Shown here: positions 51,101 to 58,444 of the stretch, one piece after another
Layout: the number at the start of each line of letters is the position of its first letter
Position numbering within the stretch: the stretch's first letter is position 1
Assembly (NCBI GenBank): GCA_031403995.1
Contig: JANNGS010000036.1
Coordinates: forward strand, 1,468 to 65,467
From: Thermoanaerobaculia bacterium
GTDB lineage: Bacteria; Acidobacteriota; Thermoanaerobaculia; Multivoradales; JAGPDF01
Length of the DNA stretch: 64,000 nucleotides
Reading direction: 5' to 3'
The notes under the pieces: model-generated
The model's database searches: none
The model's input: the letters and a program-made list of their open reading frames with translations, nothing else
Told to the model about the DNA's origin: nothing
Translations under genes and position numbers: made by a program

Positions 51101-52215
51101 TCCGCACTGCCGGTGCCGATCCGCGCCGGCAGCCAGGCGGCGCCGACGCCGGCGAGCTCCGCGGTCTCGCGCTCGAACGCTACTTCGTCGCCCTCAGGGG
51201 TGAGCTGCGCGAGAGCTGCGTGGGCGAGGAATCGCGCTCTGCCGTCGCTCCCGAGGATCGCGAGGTCGTGGAAGCCGCGGCTCCAGTCGCCGGCGACGAG
51301 CGCTGTGATGTCGGCCGGAGCTCCCAGCCGATCGACGCGGGCCGCCGGCACTGCCGCGCGCTCGGCGTCGTCCTGGGAGAGCCGGCGGTCGCGGCCGCGG
51401 ACGATCCAGAGCTCCGCGCCGCTGCCGACCGCGATGTCGACCCAGGGGTCGTCGTCGAAATAGCCCGCCGCGATCGCCCGGGTCGGCGACGAGAGCAGGA
51501 AGCGTTCGCTCATCGGGCGGATCGCCCCCGCGGGTCCCTCGGCCACGAGCAGCGCCGGGCCGTCCTTGGTCTCGAGCCCGAGCAGGACGTCGGCCATGCC
51601 GTCGCGGCGGTTGACGTCGGCGGTAATCGCCGCGGTGACCCGTCCGGGCAGGCCGAGGACGGCCGCGGGCGCAAAGTCGCCGCGGCCGTCGCCGGCGAGG
51701 AACGCCGCCTGGTCGCCGCCGCGCGCGAACGCCAGGAGGTCCTGGTCGCCGTCGGCGTCGAAGTCGCCGCTGAGCAGGAAGTCGGGCGCCAGGGGAATCC
51801 ACAGGGTGACGTGCGCGGGGTAGAAGGGGGCGGCGATCGCGCTGCCATCCTCGCGACGCGCCTTCGCCTCCGGGGTGTTGGGGTAGATCGCGTCGGGGTT
51901 GCCGGCCGCGACGACGATCGCGCCGCCGCCAGATGCGCCGGAGCCGCCGAACCCGGCGGCGAGGTCGGGGAGGCCGTCCGAGTCGAAATCCGCCGCCGTG
52001 AGCGCGCGCGGATCGTCGGCGCGGAGCAGGGCGCCTTCGCCGACGGCCTCGGCCAGCAGCGGGAGCGGCACCGCGCTCCGGCCACTGGCCTGCGCCGCGA
52101 GGTTCCCGGGCGAGGCGCCGGCGTGAGCCGGAGCGGGAGCGCCGAGCGCGGCGAAAGCAAGTGCGACGAACCCAATGCGACGCGCAGCCGATCCCACTCG
52201 TGCCCGGATGAACAT
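45127..52215 (-). CDS. Giant secreted protein (~2360 aa): signal peptide, FG-GAP/VCBS-like region, then 3 x [CSLREA motif + parallel beta-helix repeats + beta-sandwich ending ...SSEF]
   Basis: Probable start M at 52215 (MFIRARVGSAARRIGFVALAFAALGAPAPAHA). FG-GAP-like DFDSDGLPDLAAG / GDFDADGDQDLLAF. Three HCSLREAI modules, each followed by NxxGxxxxG-type beta-helix rungs (GNxIGTDxxG repeats) and a conserved domain ending GNSSEFS / GANSSEFS / GGSSSEFG. Confidence 0.75.
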   Translation of the reverse strand: MFIRARVGSAARRIGFVALAFAALGAPAPAHAGASPGNLAAQASGRSAVPLPLLAEAVGEGALLRADDPRALTAADFDSDGLPDLAAGFGGSGASGGGAIVVAAGNPDAIYPNTPEAKARREDGSAIAAPFYPAHVTLWIPLAPDFLLSGDFDADGDQDLLAFARGGDQAAFLAGDGRGDFAPAAVLGLPGRVTAAITADVNRRDGMADVLLGLETKDGPALLVAEGPAGAIRPMSERFLLSSPTRAIAAGYFDDDPWVDIAVGSGAELWIVRGRDRRLSQDDAERAAVPAARVDRLGAPADITALVAGDWSRGFHDLAILGSDGRARFLAHAALAQLTPEGDEVAFERETAELAGVGAAWLPARIGTGSADVLVLLDRAAGRLRRFDPLASGDSGDDSGDDSNPTPSLLAAADEAGLGEPVAALALRLNSDALSDLVVMTRGGAETVLLVPSAPTATFIVNSTNDANDGTCNGAHCSLREAINAANSAVGPDTILFSGMGAGFHTISPSTNLPTITATTLLDGTSHPDGRIEIDGTSVSTGLTLSNAPSSLVRGVVINRASNTGLDLQGASGGSVVEGSYFGLDYAGAAISTINNTGVLVQSNSITVGGALPAARNIISGTNNYALFLNGVSGAIVRGNYIGTDAAGTNDRFNGSYAAYSSGALSPVIGGVGAGEGNLISGANSGAGLLLNGAAELVQGNRIGTDWTGTSPVPNSTGVYVVGTTGALVGGTAAGAGNLISGNQGSGVQVTSAPSTTIQGNRIGTRPDGLAALPNAFGVYLQTAATVGGVAAGAGNILARNANDGVAVAGGVGSAVRGNSIFGNGGLGIDLSDNGRSPNDLNDSDAGPNLMQNFPVLIAATISGGNLFVTYSVNSDPGNAAYPLTVDFYESDLLGQGRVYLGTNTYTAADFTVGAKIVNLGNAGVLGVVQPEPLVAVATDSGANSSEFSDARLVGIGGATSFIVNTINDGDDGLCDIVHCSLREALQYANLNSGFADTIPFNIPGSPPFSIAPGSPLPAITDPVTVNAATQPGFAGTPIVELNGTSASGAPGLRLLSAANTTIRGLVINRFNSGGIQIANSPSAILVGNYIGTDVAGAGAQGNGTYGVSIEAGSDNTLVGGATVADRNLISGNANGAIVVQSAANVVIRGNRIGTNAAGTLGLSGAANGIEASGTSGLVVGGAGTGQGNLISGNIRGLYLISTTGATIRGNLIGTDAAGTGLLGNSYVGVDSNASAGMTLGGALPGEGNVIAGGGGAGVVWSFATGGTIQGNFIGVAADGVSPLSNNQGVAFNGGSGVLVGGSLPGERNIIARNGASGVGVYNGGLQHAIRRNSIFQNGGLGIDLDLNGFTANDPLDADLGPNQLQNFPQFQSVAITGGNLIVTYLVDSHPVNATYPLAVEFFKPDSVASFEGKTFVAADSYSAADFTLGAKTVNLGSAVALGVAVGSRLVAMATDAAGNSSEFSPTWGVTGPPQIYVVNTTNDLDDGACDVTHCSLREAIDAATTNLPAIDSIHFNIPGVPPHVIQPQSPLPDVGDATILNATTQPGFAGSPIVQLSGASTCCEGLRLAATGSTVRGFVVRNWPGIGIYDFAGNATIAGNFLGTDVTGMLAQFNNAGLLTTGAGTVVGGSTAADRNLISGNGTGLVLNSGSFARGNWIGLNATGAAPLPNGSGVGVQDATLGGTGAGEANVVSGNSGVGVTVYGSASLVQGNFIGTNPTGSGMLGNVGGGISTFASGGTLGGPLPGAGNLVSGNGGNGILVSGGSGLTIQGNWIGLDASGTLDFGNAQSGVRFESAASLHQLMDNIISGNANGVRIESASNAIVLTGNRIGTNAAGNAPLGNTGIGVEILDAPLVQVGAGGQGNLISGNGGRGVRISGGGSAGALVRGNFIGTDASGSFDVGNASDGIEVVDTSGVQIGGAGAGESNLISGNNLRGVVLSGSGTTGTLVTGNLIGTDLSGTVAVPNSGAGIEINAAPGNFIGGTGAGQRNLISGNGSIGIYVNGSNATGNVISGNFIGTDGLGIAALGNGSSGVDISSAPANLVGGTAPGAGNLISGNGGIGVSISFSGATANQVQGNWIGTNLTGTGAIANAADGVQIFAAPGNTIGGSAIGAGNVISGNTLSGVSLNFSGAAGNFVYGNLIGTQGDATTPLPNGLSGVTIAFNASSNRIGGPSPGQGNVIAGNTDDGITVESGVNDRLSGNSYFANGGLAIDLGPDGVQPADVGDGDSGANLLQNYPYLAAVSSDGATTTSIAGSVSSTANATFTVELYASAGCDASGHGEGSTYLGSTTILADASGAAAFLISLPVGVANGATVTGVAITAGGSSSEFGPCILEDDLAIFVDSFEMGDSSAWATPLQP

Positions 52216-52308
52216 ACCGCCCCCTGTTCGAGAAACTTGCGGGAGCATACTCATTCCGGGAGGGAAAGAATCCCCCGAAAAGGTGAATGACCAAAAAAAA
52301 CGGTGGAG

Positions 52309-54210
52309 CTATCCCTCTGCCTTCGCCGCCTCTTTCGGTTTCAGGAGCCCGTCGAGCGAGACCTGGGCGACCGGGTGGTAGCCGGGCCGCGCCTGGGCGT
52401 AGATGCGTTGCGCCAGGGCCAGACCCTCGGGAGTCCGGGCGAGCGCGCCGTAGAGCGGCATGAGGAATTTCCGCCGGCCGACGGAGACCAGAAAACGCTC
52501 CAGGGCGGGGTAGGCGGGCCGGTAGCTCGCCACGATCGCCCGCAGGAACCAGTCGGCGAGGATCTCCGCGTTGCCGGAAGCGGTGAAGTGGAACGCCGCG
52601 TCGACCTCCGCGAGGCGCGCCGGATCCGTCGTCGGCGGCAGGTTGCGCAGGAAGTGCTGCCACTGCTGCGTCACCCAGCGTGCCGTCACGAGGCTGGCGG
52701 CGGGCGTCCCGGCGGCGAGACGCGCCAGCTCGACGTCGACCCTGGCGAAGGCCGGCGATTGCGGGTTCGCGGCTCCTGCCGGGAGGCCCGGCCCGTAGAC
52801 CCAGGCTAGGACGTCGACTTTCTGGGCCGCAGCCGGAGCGCCAGCGAGCAGGTTCTGCTGCAGGTAGGCAATGAAGCCGGCGGTCGTCATCGACCGGAAG
52901 GCGTGCTGCTCGAAGTAGCCGCGGAGGAAGCGGTCCCAGCTCTCGCGGCCGACCGCTTCCTCGAGCGCGCGCAGGAAGAAGTAGCCCTTGTCGTAGACGA
53001 TCGCGCCCGGGGCGTCGTCCGGGTCGCGGCCGTCGAGGTTGGCGAACAGCCAGGTTTCGCGGCTGCCGGCTCCAGCCTCGCGCAGCGCCTCCTCGAGCTC
53101 GCGCTTTGACAGCTGCGCCTGCATCTCCGAGTAGTCGCGGCCGAAAAGCGCCTCCATGATCCGGCTCTCGAAATAGACCGTGAAGCCCTCGTTGAGCCAG
53201 AAGTCGTTCCAGGTTGCGCTGGTCACGAGATTTCCCGACCAGGAGTGGGCGAGCTCGTGCGCCACCAGCGCGACCAGCGAGCGGTCGCCGGCGAGAATCG
53301 TCGGGGTGGCGAAGGTCAGGCGGGGATTCTCCATCCCGCCGTAAGGAAAGCTGGGTGGCAGCACGAGCAGGTCGTAGCGCTCCCAACGGTAGGGGCCGTA
53401 GAGCTTCTCGGCGGCGCCGATCATCTTCTCTGTGTCGGCGAACTCCCAGGCGGCCTTCGCGAGCGTCGCGGGCTCCGCATAGACGCCCGCCCGCCCGCTG
53501 AACGGACGGAACTCGAGGTCACCGACGGCCAGGGCCAGCAGGTAGGACGGGATCGGCCTGTTCATCTCGAAGTGGTAGGCGCCGTCGGCGTTCTTCCGGG
53601 TCGGGTTCGCGGCCGACATCAGTGCCAGGAGCCCTGTGGGCACCCGGATCGTGGCGCCGTAGGTCATCCGCACGCCCGGGCTGTCCTGGCAGGGGACCCA
53701 GGTGCGCGCAAGAATCGCCTGCGACTGGGTGAAGAGGAAGGGAGTCTTGCCGCCGGCGGTCTGCTCGGGGGTAAGCCACTGCAGGGCGCCGGCCTCCGGA
53801 CGGGTACGGTAGTCGATCCGCACCGTGCGTGTCTCCGGCGCGAGCGCGATGGCGAGCTCCTGCCCCAGGATGGGCACCGCCGGCGCCAGCGTGAAGGGCG
53901 CCGGGGTGGTGCTGCTGTCGAGATACACCGCGGCGATCTCGAGGTCGCGGCTATCGAGGCGCAAGGTCCCGGCGGCAGGCGCGCCGGTCCCGCTGGGCGC
54001 ATTGAGATGACCGCGCTCGATCGTCAAAGTAGCGCTGCCGGAAAGGCGCCGGTTCGGGAAGTCGACGGTGAGATCGAGCTCGAGGTGGCGGACGGCGACC
54101 TCGTCCGGGCGGCTGAAGGAGTGCGGGTCCGGCGAGGCGGTGTCCGCCAGGGCGGCGAAAGGAGCGGCGGCCAGCATCAGGAAGGCAGCTGAAGGGAGGC
54201 GCTTCGGCAT
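52309..54210 (-). CDS. Secreted M1-family zinc aminopeptidase (aminopeptidase N / LTA4H-like)
   Basis: ATG at 54210. Signal peptide MPKRLPSAAFLMLAAAPFAALA. GAMEN (GGMENP), HELAHSWSGN...WLNEGFTVYFE zinc motif, and a C-terminal Leuk-A4-hydrolase-like helical domain. Confidence 0.85.
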   Translation of the reverse strand: MPKRLPSAAFLMLAAAPFAALADTASPDPHSFSRPDEVAVRHLELDLTVDFPNRRLSGSATLTIERGHLNAPSGTGAPAAGTLRLDSRDLEIAAVYLDSSTTPAPFTLAPAVPILGQELAIALAPETRTVRIDYRTRPEAGALQWLTPEQTAGGKTPFLFTQSQAILARTWVPCQDSPGVRMTYGATIRVPTGLLALMSAANPTRKNADGAYHFEMNRPIPSYLLALAVGDLEFRPFSGRAGVYAEPATLAKAAWEFADTEKMIGAAEKLYGPYRWERYDLLVLPPSFPYGGMENPRLTFATPTILAGDRSLVALVAHELAHSWSGNLVTSATWNDFWLNEGFTVYFESRIMEALFGRDYSEMQAQLSKRELEEALREAGAGSRETWLFANLDGRDPDDAPGAIVYDKGYFFLRALEEAVGRESWDRFLRGYFEQHAFRSMTTAGFIAYLQQNLLAGAPAAAQKVDVLAWVYGPGLPAGAANPQSPAFARVDVELARLAAGTPAASLVTARWVTQQWQHFLRNLPPTTDPARLAEVDAAFHFTASGNAEILADWFLRAIVASYRPAYPALERFLVSVGRRKFLMPLYGALARTPEGLALAQRIYAQARPGYHPVAQVSLDGLLKPKEAAKAEG

Positions 54211-54287
54211 CGGTCTGGCTTCCTCTCGACGTTGCAGAACAAGGCCGGTCTGGCCGGTTTCGACGGCCGGAGATAAGCTCATCTACC

Positions 54288-55589
54288 GTGCCCAAGCGAA
54301 TCATACCTGTCGCATCCGGCAAAGGCGGGGTAGGCAAGACGACGTTCGCGGTCAACTTCGCCCTGGCACTGTCGCGATTCGCGCCGACGATCCTGGTCGA
54401 TCTCGATACCGGCACCTCCTCCGTGCGGAGCTCGCTGGCGGCTCCGGTGACCAAAGACCTGTACCACTTCCATCGCAAAGGCGCGCAGCTCCCGGAGTGC
54501 ATCACCCGCCTCGACCCCTCATTCGATCGCACCGGGCAGTTCCGCAAATTCGGTTTCGTGGCCGGGCCGAAGCACTTCATCGAAGAGTTGGGAAACCCGA
54601 GCGTCGCGTTCCGGCGGCGCCTCTCGGAGGCGATCAACGCGTTGCCGGTCGACTATGTCGTGCTCGACCTGCGCGCCGGGCTCGATGCGAACGTGCTCGA
54701 TTTCCTGCCCTACACCAACTCGGGAATGCTGGTGGTCACGCCCAATCTGCCACAGGCGACGCTCGCCGCCTCCGATATCGTCAAGGCGATCCTCTTCCGC
54801 ACCCTGCGGATGATCTTCGCCCCCGGCTCCGAGGTCTACACCCTGCCAGGCCTGGCGGATGGGCGGGATCTCATCCACGATCTGCTCGATCAGGCCGAGG
54901 ACGTCTACGACGACCGGGTGCAGAACCTCGACGGCGTGCTGCGCGAGCTCAAGGAGCTCTTCGGCGACCAGCCTCTGCTGCGCGTGGTCGAGTGGGTGAT
55001 CCGCGACTTCCGCATTCACTACGTGCTCAACATGTTCAACGGCATCGAGGAGAGCGGGCGCTCGGCGATCGATCCGTTCGTGCGCAACATCGCCGAGAAC
55101 GTCTCGACCGGGCTCGAAATGACCCAGCTCGGCTGGATCGTGCAGGATCCGCGGGTGCACCGCGCGAACTGTTCCGGCATGCCGCTGCTGCTCGACGGCG
55201 AGCCCGAACGATTGAAGCCCGCGACCGTCGATCCGGTGCTGGCGGAGCTCGAGTCGCTGCGCTCCTCGATGCTCGGTGTCGACCGGCGGGCGCCGGCGCG
55301 GTCTGCCGCTCCGCGGCGCGCGGCGAAGCCGGAGCTCGATGTCGCCGGCATCGAGTCGTTGCTGGGCGAGCAGCTCGAGTCCTTGCGGGCGATGTTCGCC
55401 GACCGCCGCCAGGACAGCGTGCATCAGAATTTCACCTATGCGGTATTTCGCGCCCTCAACCTCATGGAGCCGCCGCGCCTGCCGACCGAGTTCGGCATGA
55501 GCCGCCTGGCCCCGCCCGAGCGCCTGGTGACCTGGATCCTGAAACGCATGGCACTGACCTCCTCACCGTCGCCGCAGTACGTGCGCTGA
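54288..55589 (+). CDS. ParA/MinD-family P-loop ATPase with ~170-aa C-terminal extension
   Basis: Deviant Walker A IPVASGKGGVGKTTFAVN and Walker B VVLDL. Longer than MinD/ParA. Confidence 0.7.
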   Translation: MPKRIIPVASGKGGVGKTTFAVNFALALSRFAPTILVDLDTGTSSVRSSLAAPVTKDLYHFHRKGAQLPECITRLDPSFDRTGQFRKFGFVAGPKHFIEELGNPSVAFRRRLSEAINALPVDYVVLDLRAGLDANVLDFLPYTNSGMLVVTPNLPQATLAASDIVKAILFRTLRMIFAPGSEVYTLPGLADGRDLIHDLLDQAEDVYDDRVQNLDGVLRELKELFGDQPLLRVVEWVIRDFRIHYVLNMFNGIEESGRSAIDPFVRNIAENVSTGLEMTQLGWIVQDPRVHRANCSGMPLLLDGEPERLKPATVDPVLAELESLRSSMLGVDRRAPARSAAPRRAAKPELDVAGIESLLGEQLESLRAMFADRRQDSVHQNFTYAVFRALNLMEPPRLPTEFGMSRLAPPERLVTWILKRMALTSSPSPQYVR

Positions 55590-55685
55590 CGCCCGCTGGC
55601 GACGGCAAACGCCGGGGCTCTGCCCTCGCAGGCCCCCCCGCTGTCGCTGCCGGGACCGCTCCGCGTTTGCTAGACTCATTCGATT

Positions 55686-57062
55686 GTGGCGGCCTCCAAA
55701 ACCCCCGGCAGCGTCGGTCTGATCAGTCTCGGCTGCGCCAAGAACCGCGTCGACAGCGAAATTCTGCTCGGCGAGCTGGCTCGACGCGGCCATGCGATCA
55801 CCCCGGACATGGAAGGCGCCGAGACGGTGATCGTCAACACCTGCGCCTTCATCGACGAGGCCAAGCGCGAGTCGATCGACGCCATCCTCGAGGTGGCGGC
55901 GCGCAAGGGCAAGGGGGTCGCCAAGCTCCTGGTCGCCGGCTGCATGGTGAACCGCTTCGGCCAGGAGCTGGCGCACGACATCCCGGAGATCGATGGCTTC
56001 ATCTCCCTCGACTCGCTGCTCGAGGTCGAGTCGATCGTCCATCTCGGCGGCGCGGCGCCACCGCCGTCGCCCTCGCACATGGTCTTCGACCACACCGCGC
56101 CGCGGATGCTGACGACACGCGGCTACGCCTACCTCAAGGTCGCCGAGGGCTGCAACAACCCGTGCACCTTCTGTGCGATCCCGCTCTGGCGTGGCCGCTT
56201 CCGCAGCCGCACCATCGCCAGCCTGGTGGACGAAGCTCGCCAGATCGAGGCGCAGGGGGTCGGCGAGCTCTGCCTCATCGCCCAGGACACGACGCGCTAC
56301 GGCGAAGATCTCGACTACGGCAAACACGGCCTGACCCGCCTGGCGGAGGCGCTCCTGGCTTCGACCGGCTTCAAGTGGATCCGCTTCCTCTACGCCTATC
56401 CGACGACACTCGACGAGCAGTTGTTGAGGCTGATGGGCCAAGAGGAGCGTCTGGTCTCCTATGTCGACATCCCGCTGCAGCACAGCCATCCCGACATGCT
56501 CAAGGCGATGCGCCGTGGCGGCAGCGCCGAGCGCTACACGCAGCTGCTGGCGCGCGCCCGTGAGCTCGCCCCCGACATCTTCCTGCGCACCACCTTCATC
56601 GTCGGCTTTCCCGGCGAGACCGACGAGCATTTCGACCACCTGCTCGACTTCGTCCGCCGCAGCCAGTTCGACCATTTAGGCGCCTTCGTCTACAGCCCTG
56701 AGCCGGGGACGCCGGCGGCCGAGCTGTCCGATCCCGTCGCAACTGCGATCGCCCGCCGCCGGCATCGGCGCCTGCTCGCGGCGCAGAAGCCGATCGCCCT
56801 GGCACGGCGCAGGGCGCTCGTCGGCCGGACCTTCGATTGTCTCGTCGAAGGGGTGTCGCCGGAGACCGAGCATCTGCTCGAGGGACGCCACTACGGCATG
56901 GCGCCCGAGATCGACGGCCGCCTGTTGATCAACGACGGCGCGGCGCCGGCCGGGAGCTTCGCCCGGGTCGAAATCACCGATGCCTTCGCCAGCGACCTGG
57001 TCGGCCGGATCGTCGGTCCGGTGGACACCCCCGGAGTCGAGATCGCGGCCTCGGTAGCCTGA
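55686..57062 (+). CDS. rimO: Ribosomal protein S12 methylthiotransferase RimO
   Basis: MTTase N-domain Cys, radical-SAM CxxxCxxC (EGCNNPCTFCAIP), and a C-terminal TRAM domain. GTG start. Confidence 0.85.
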   Translation: MAASKTPGSVGLISLGCAKNRVDSEILLGELARRGHAITPDMEGAETVIVNTCAFIDEAKRESIDAILEVAARKGKGVAKLLVAGCMVNRFGQELAHDIPEIDGFISLDSLLEVESIVHLGGAAPPPSPSHMVFDHTAPRMLTTRGYAYLKVAEGCNNPCTFCAIPLWRGRFRSRTIASLVDEARQIEAQGVGELCLIAQDTTRYGEDLDYGKHGLTRLAEALLASTGFKWIRFLYAYPTTLDEQLLRLMGQEERLVSYVDIPLQHSHPDMLKAMRRGGSAERYTQLLARARELAPDIFLRTTFIVGFPGETDEHFDHLLDFVRRSQFDHLGAFVYSPEPGTPAAELSDPVATAIARRRHRRLLAAQKPIALARRRALVGRTFDCLVEGVSPETEHLLEGRHYGMAPEIDGRLLINDGAAPAGSFARVEITDAFASDLVGRIVGPVDTPGVEIAASVA

Positions 57063-57067
57063 GCCCG

Positions 57068-58051
57068 ATGCAGGTCGTCGTCGACGCGTTTCGTCCTTGC
57101 GATCTGCCCTGTCCGGCGGTGGTCACCGTCGGCAACTACGACGGCATTCACCGCGGGCAGCGCGCGGTACTCGATCGTGTCGTGGCCCGCGCCCGCGCCC
57201 TCGGCCTGCCGGCAGTGCTGGTGACCTTCGAGCCTCATCCCCTGGCGATTCTTGCGCCGCGGCTGGCTCCCGCGACCCTTCTCACCCGGGAGCAGAAGGT
57301 TCGGCTCCTGGCAGCGGCTGGAATCGACTTCATGGCGGTCATCCCGTTCACGACCGAATTCGCGGCGACGCGGGCAGAAGAGTTCGTGCGCGACTTCCTC
57401 GTCGCCCGGCTGGGTGTCCGCGAGCTCTACGTCGGCCGCCAGTTTGCTTTCGGCAAGAACCGCGAAGGAGACCTTGCCGTCCTCTCGCAGCTCGGCGCGG
57501 AGCTCGGTTTCGCCGTCGTCGGTCTGGAGGAGGAGCTGGCCGACGGCGACCCGGTCTCGTCCACCCGGATCCGGCGGGCACTCGACCTGGGGGATGTCGA
57601 GCTGGCGGCCGATCTTCTGGGGCGTCCCTACAGTGTCACCGGCCGGATCGTCGAAGGGGACCGGCTGGGCCGGCGCCTCGGCTGGCCCACGGTGAACCTT
57701 CGTCCCGACGGCGAACTCCTTCCATTGGAAGGGGTTTATGCGACGCGGGTGGGGTTCCTGGAGGGCGGAGGCCCGGCCGGGACCTTCGACTCGGTGACCA
57801 ACGTGGGTCGCCGACCGACCGTCGACGGCAGCCGCCGACGGGTCGTCGAGAGCCATCTTCTGGACTTCGACCGCGACGTCTACGGCGCCGGGATCGAGCT
57901 CTTCTTCCACCAGCGGCTCCGGGATGAGATGCTCTTTCCATCGGTGGTCGAGCTTTCGGCCCAGATCGGGCGGGATGCCCGCAGCAGCCGAGAATACTTT
58001 GCCCTCCTTCGACGTTCTCATGGGAACACCGGACCGGGTGGCGCGACCTGA
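57068..58051 (+). CDS. ribF: Bifunctional riboflavin kinase / FMN adenylyltransferase
   Basis: N-terminal FAD-synthetase motifs (VVTVGNYDGIHRGQ) and C-terminal riboflavin kinase (GRRLGWPTVNL; GVYA). Confidence 0.85.
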   Translation: MQVVVDAFRPCDLPCPAVVTVGNYDGIHRGQRAVLDRVVARARALGLPAVLVTFEPHPLAILAPRLAPATLLTREQKVRLLAAAGIDFMAVIPFTTEFAATRAEEFVRDFLVARLGVRELYVGRQFAFGKNREGDLAVLSQLGAELGFAVVGLEEELADGDPVSSTRIRRALDLGDVELAADLLGRPYSVTGRIVEGDRLGRRLGWPTVNLRPDGELLPLEGVYATRVGFLEGGGPAGTFDSVTNVGRRPTVDGSRRRVVESHLLDFDRDVYGAGIELFFHQRLRDEMLFPSVVELSAQIGRDARSSREYFALLRRSHGNTGPGGAT

Positions 58052-58105
58052 GGTCGTGGAAGTCGGCGCAGTTTCAGCGATTTTCTACAGAAAGGGACCT
58101 AAGCA

Positions 58106-58435
58106 ATGGCCAGCAGCAAGATCGTGACGGTCGACCAACAGAACTTCCAGTCCGCCGTCATCCAGTCCGACAAGCCCGTTCTGATCGATTTCTGGGCCAG
58201 CTGGTGTGGTCCGTGCCGCATGGTCGCGCCGCTTCTCGACGAGCTCGCCGACGAGCTCGATGGCAAGCTCCGGATCGCCAAGGTCAACGTCGACGAGAAC
58301 CAGGAGCTGGCGATGCAATTCCGGATCTCGAGCATTCCCGCCTTCCTGCTGTTCAAGAACGGGGAGGTCGTCGAGCGCGCCGCCGGCGCGATGCCCAAGG
58401 CGATGTTCAAGAACCTCGTCGCCGAGCACATCTGA
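58106..58435 (+). CDS. trxA: Thioredoxin
   Basis: WCGPC active site in the canonical thioredoxin fold (VLIDFWASWCGPCRMVAP). Confidence 0.9.
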   Translation: MASSKIVTVDQQNFQSAVIQSDKPVLIDFWASWCGPCRMVAPLLDELADELDGKLRIAKVNVDENQELAMQFRISSIPAFLLFKNGEVVERAAGAMPKAMFKNLVAEHI

Positions 58436-58444
58436 CCGCTTGAC

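Noticed and set aside
45127-52254. Internal repeats of the giant gene as a CRISPR or tandem-repeat array
   Set aside because: Repeats are long protein-domain modules in one continuous ORF, not short direct repeats with spacers. No cas genes in the window.
55590-55685. 96-bp intergenic region before rimO, plus other gaps of 72 bp or more (5231-5305, 23633-23713, 54211-54287, 59681-59774, 60741-60831), checked for tRNA or small-RNA genes
   Set aside because: No cloverleaf-compatible segments, no GTTC/TPsiC-arm-like motif, and no conserved riboswitch cores recognised. They look like ordinary promoter/SD spacers.
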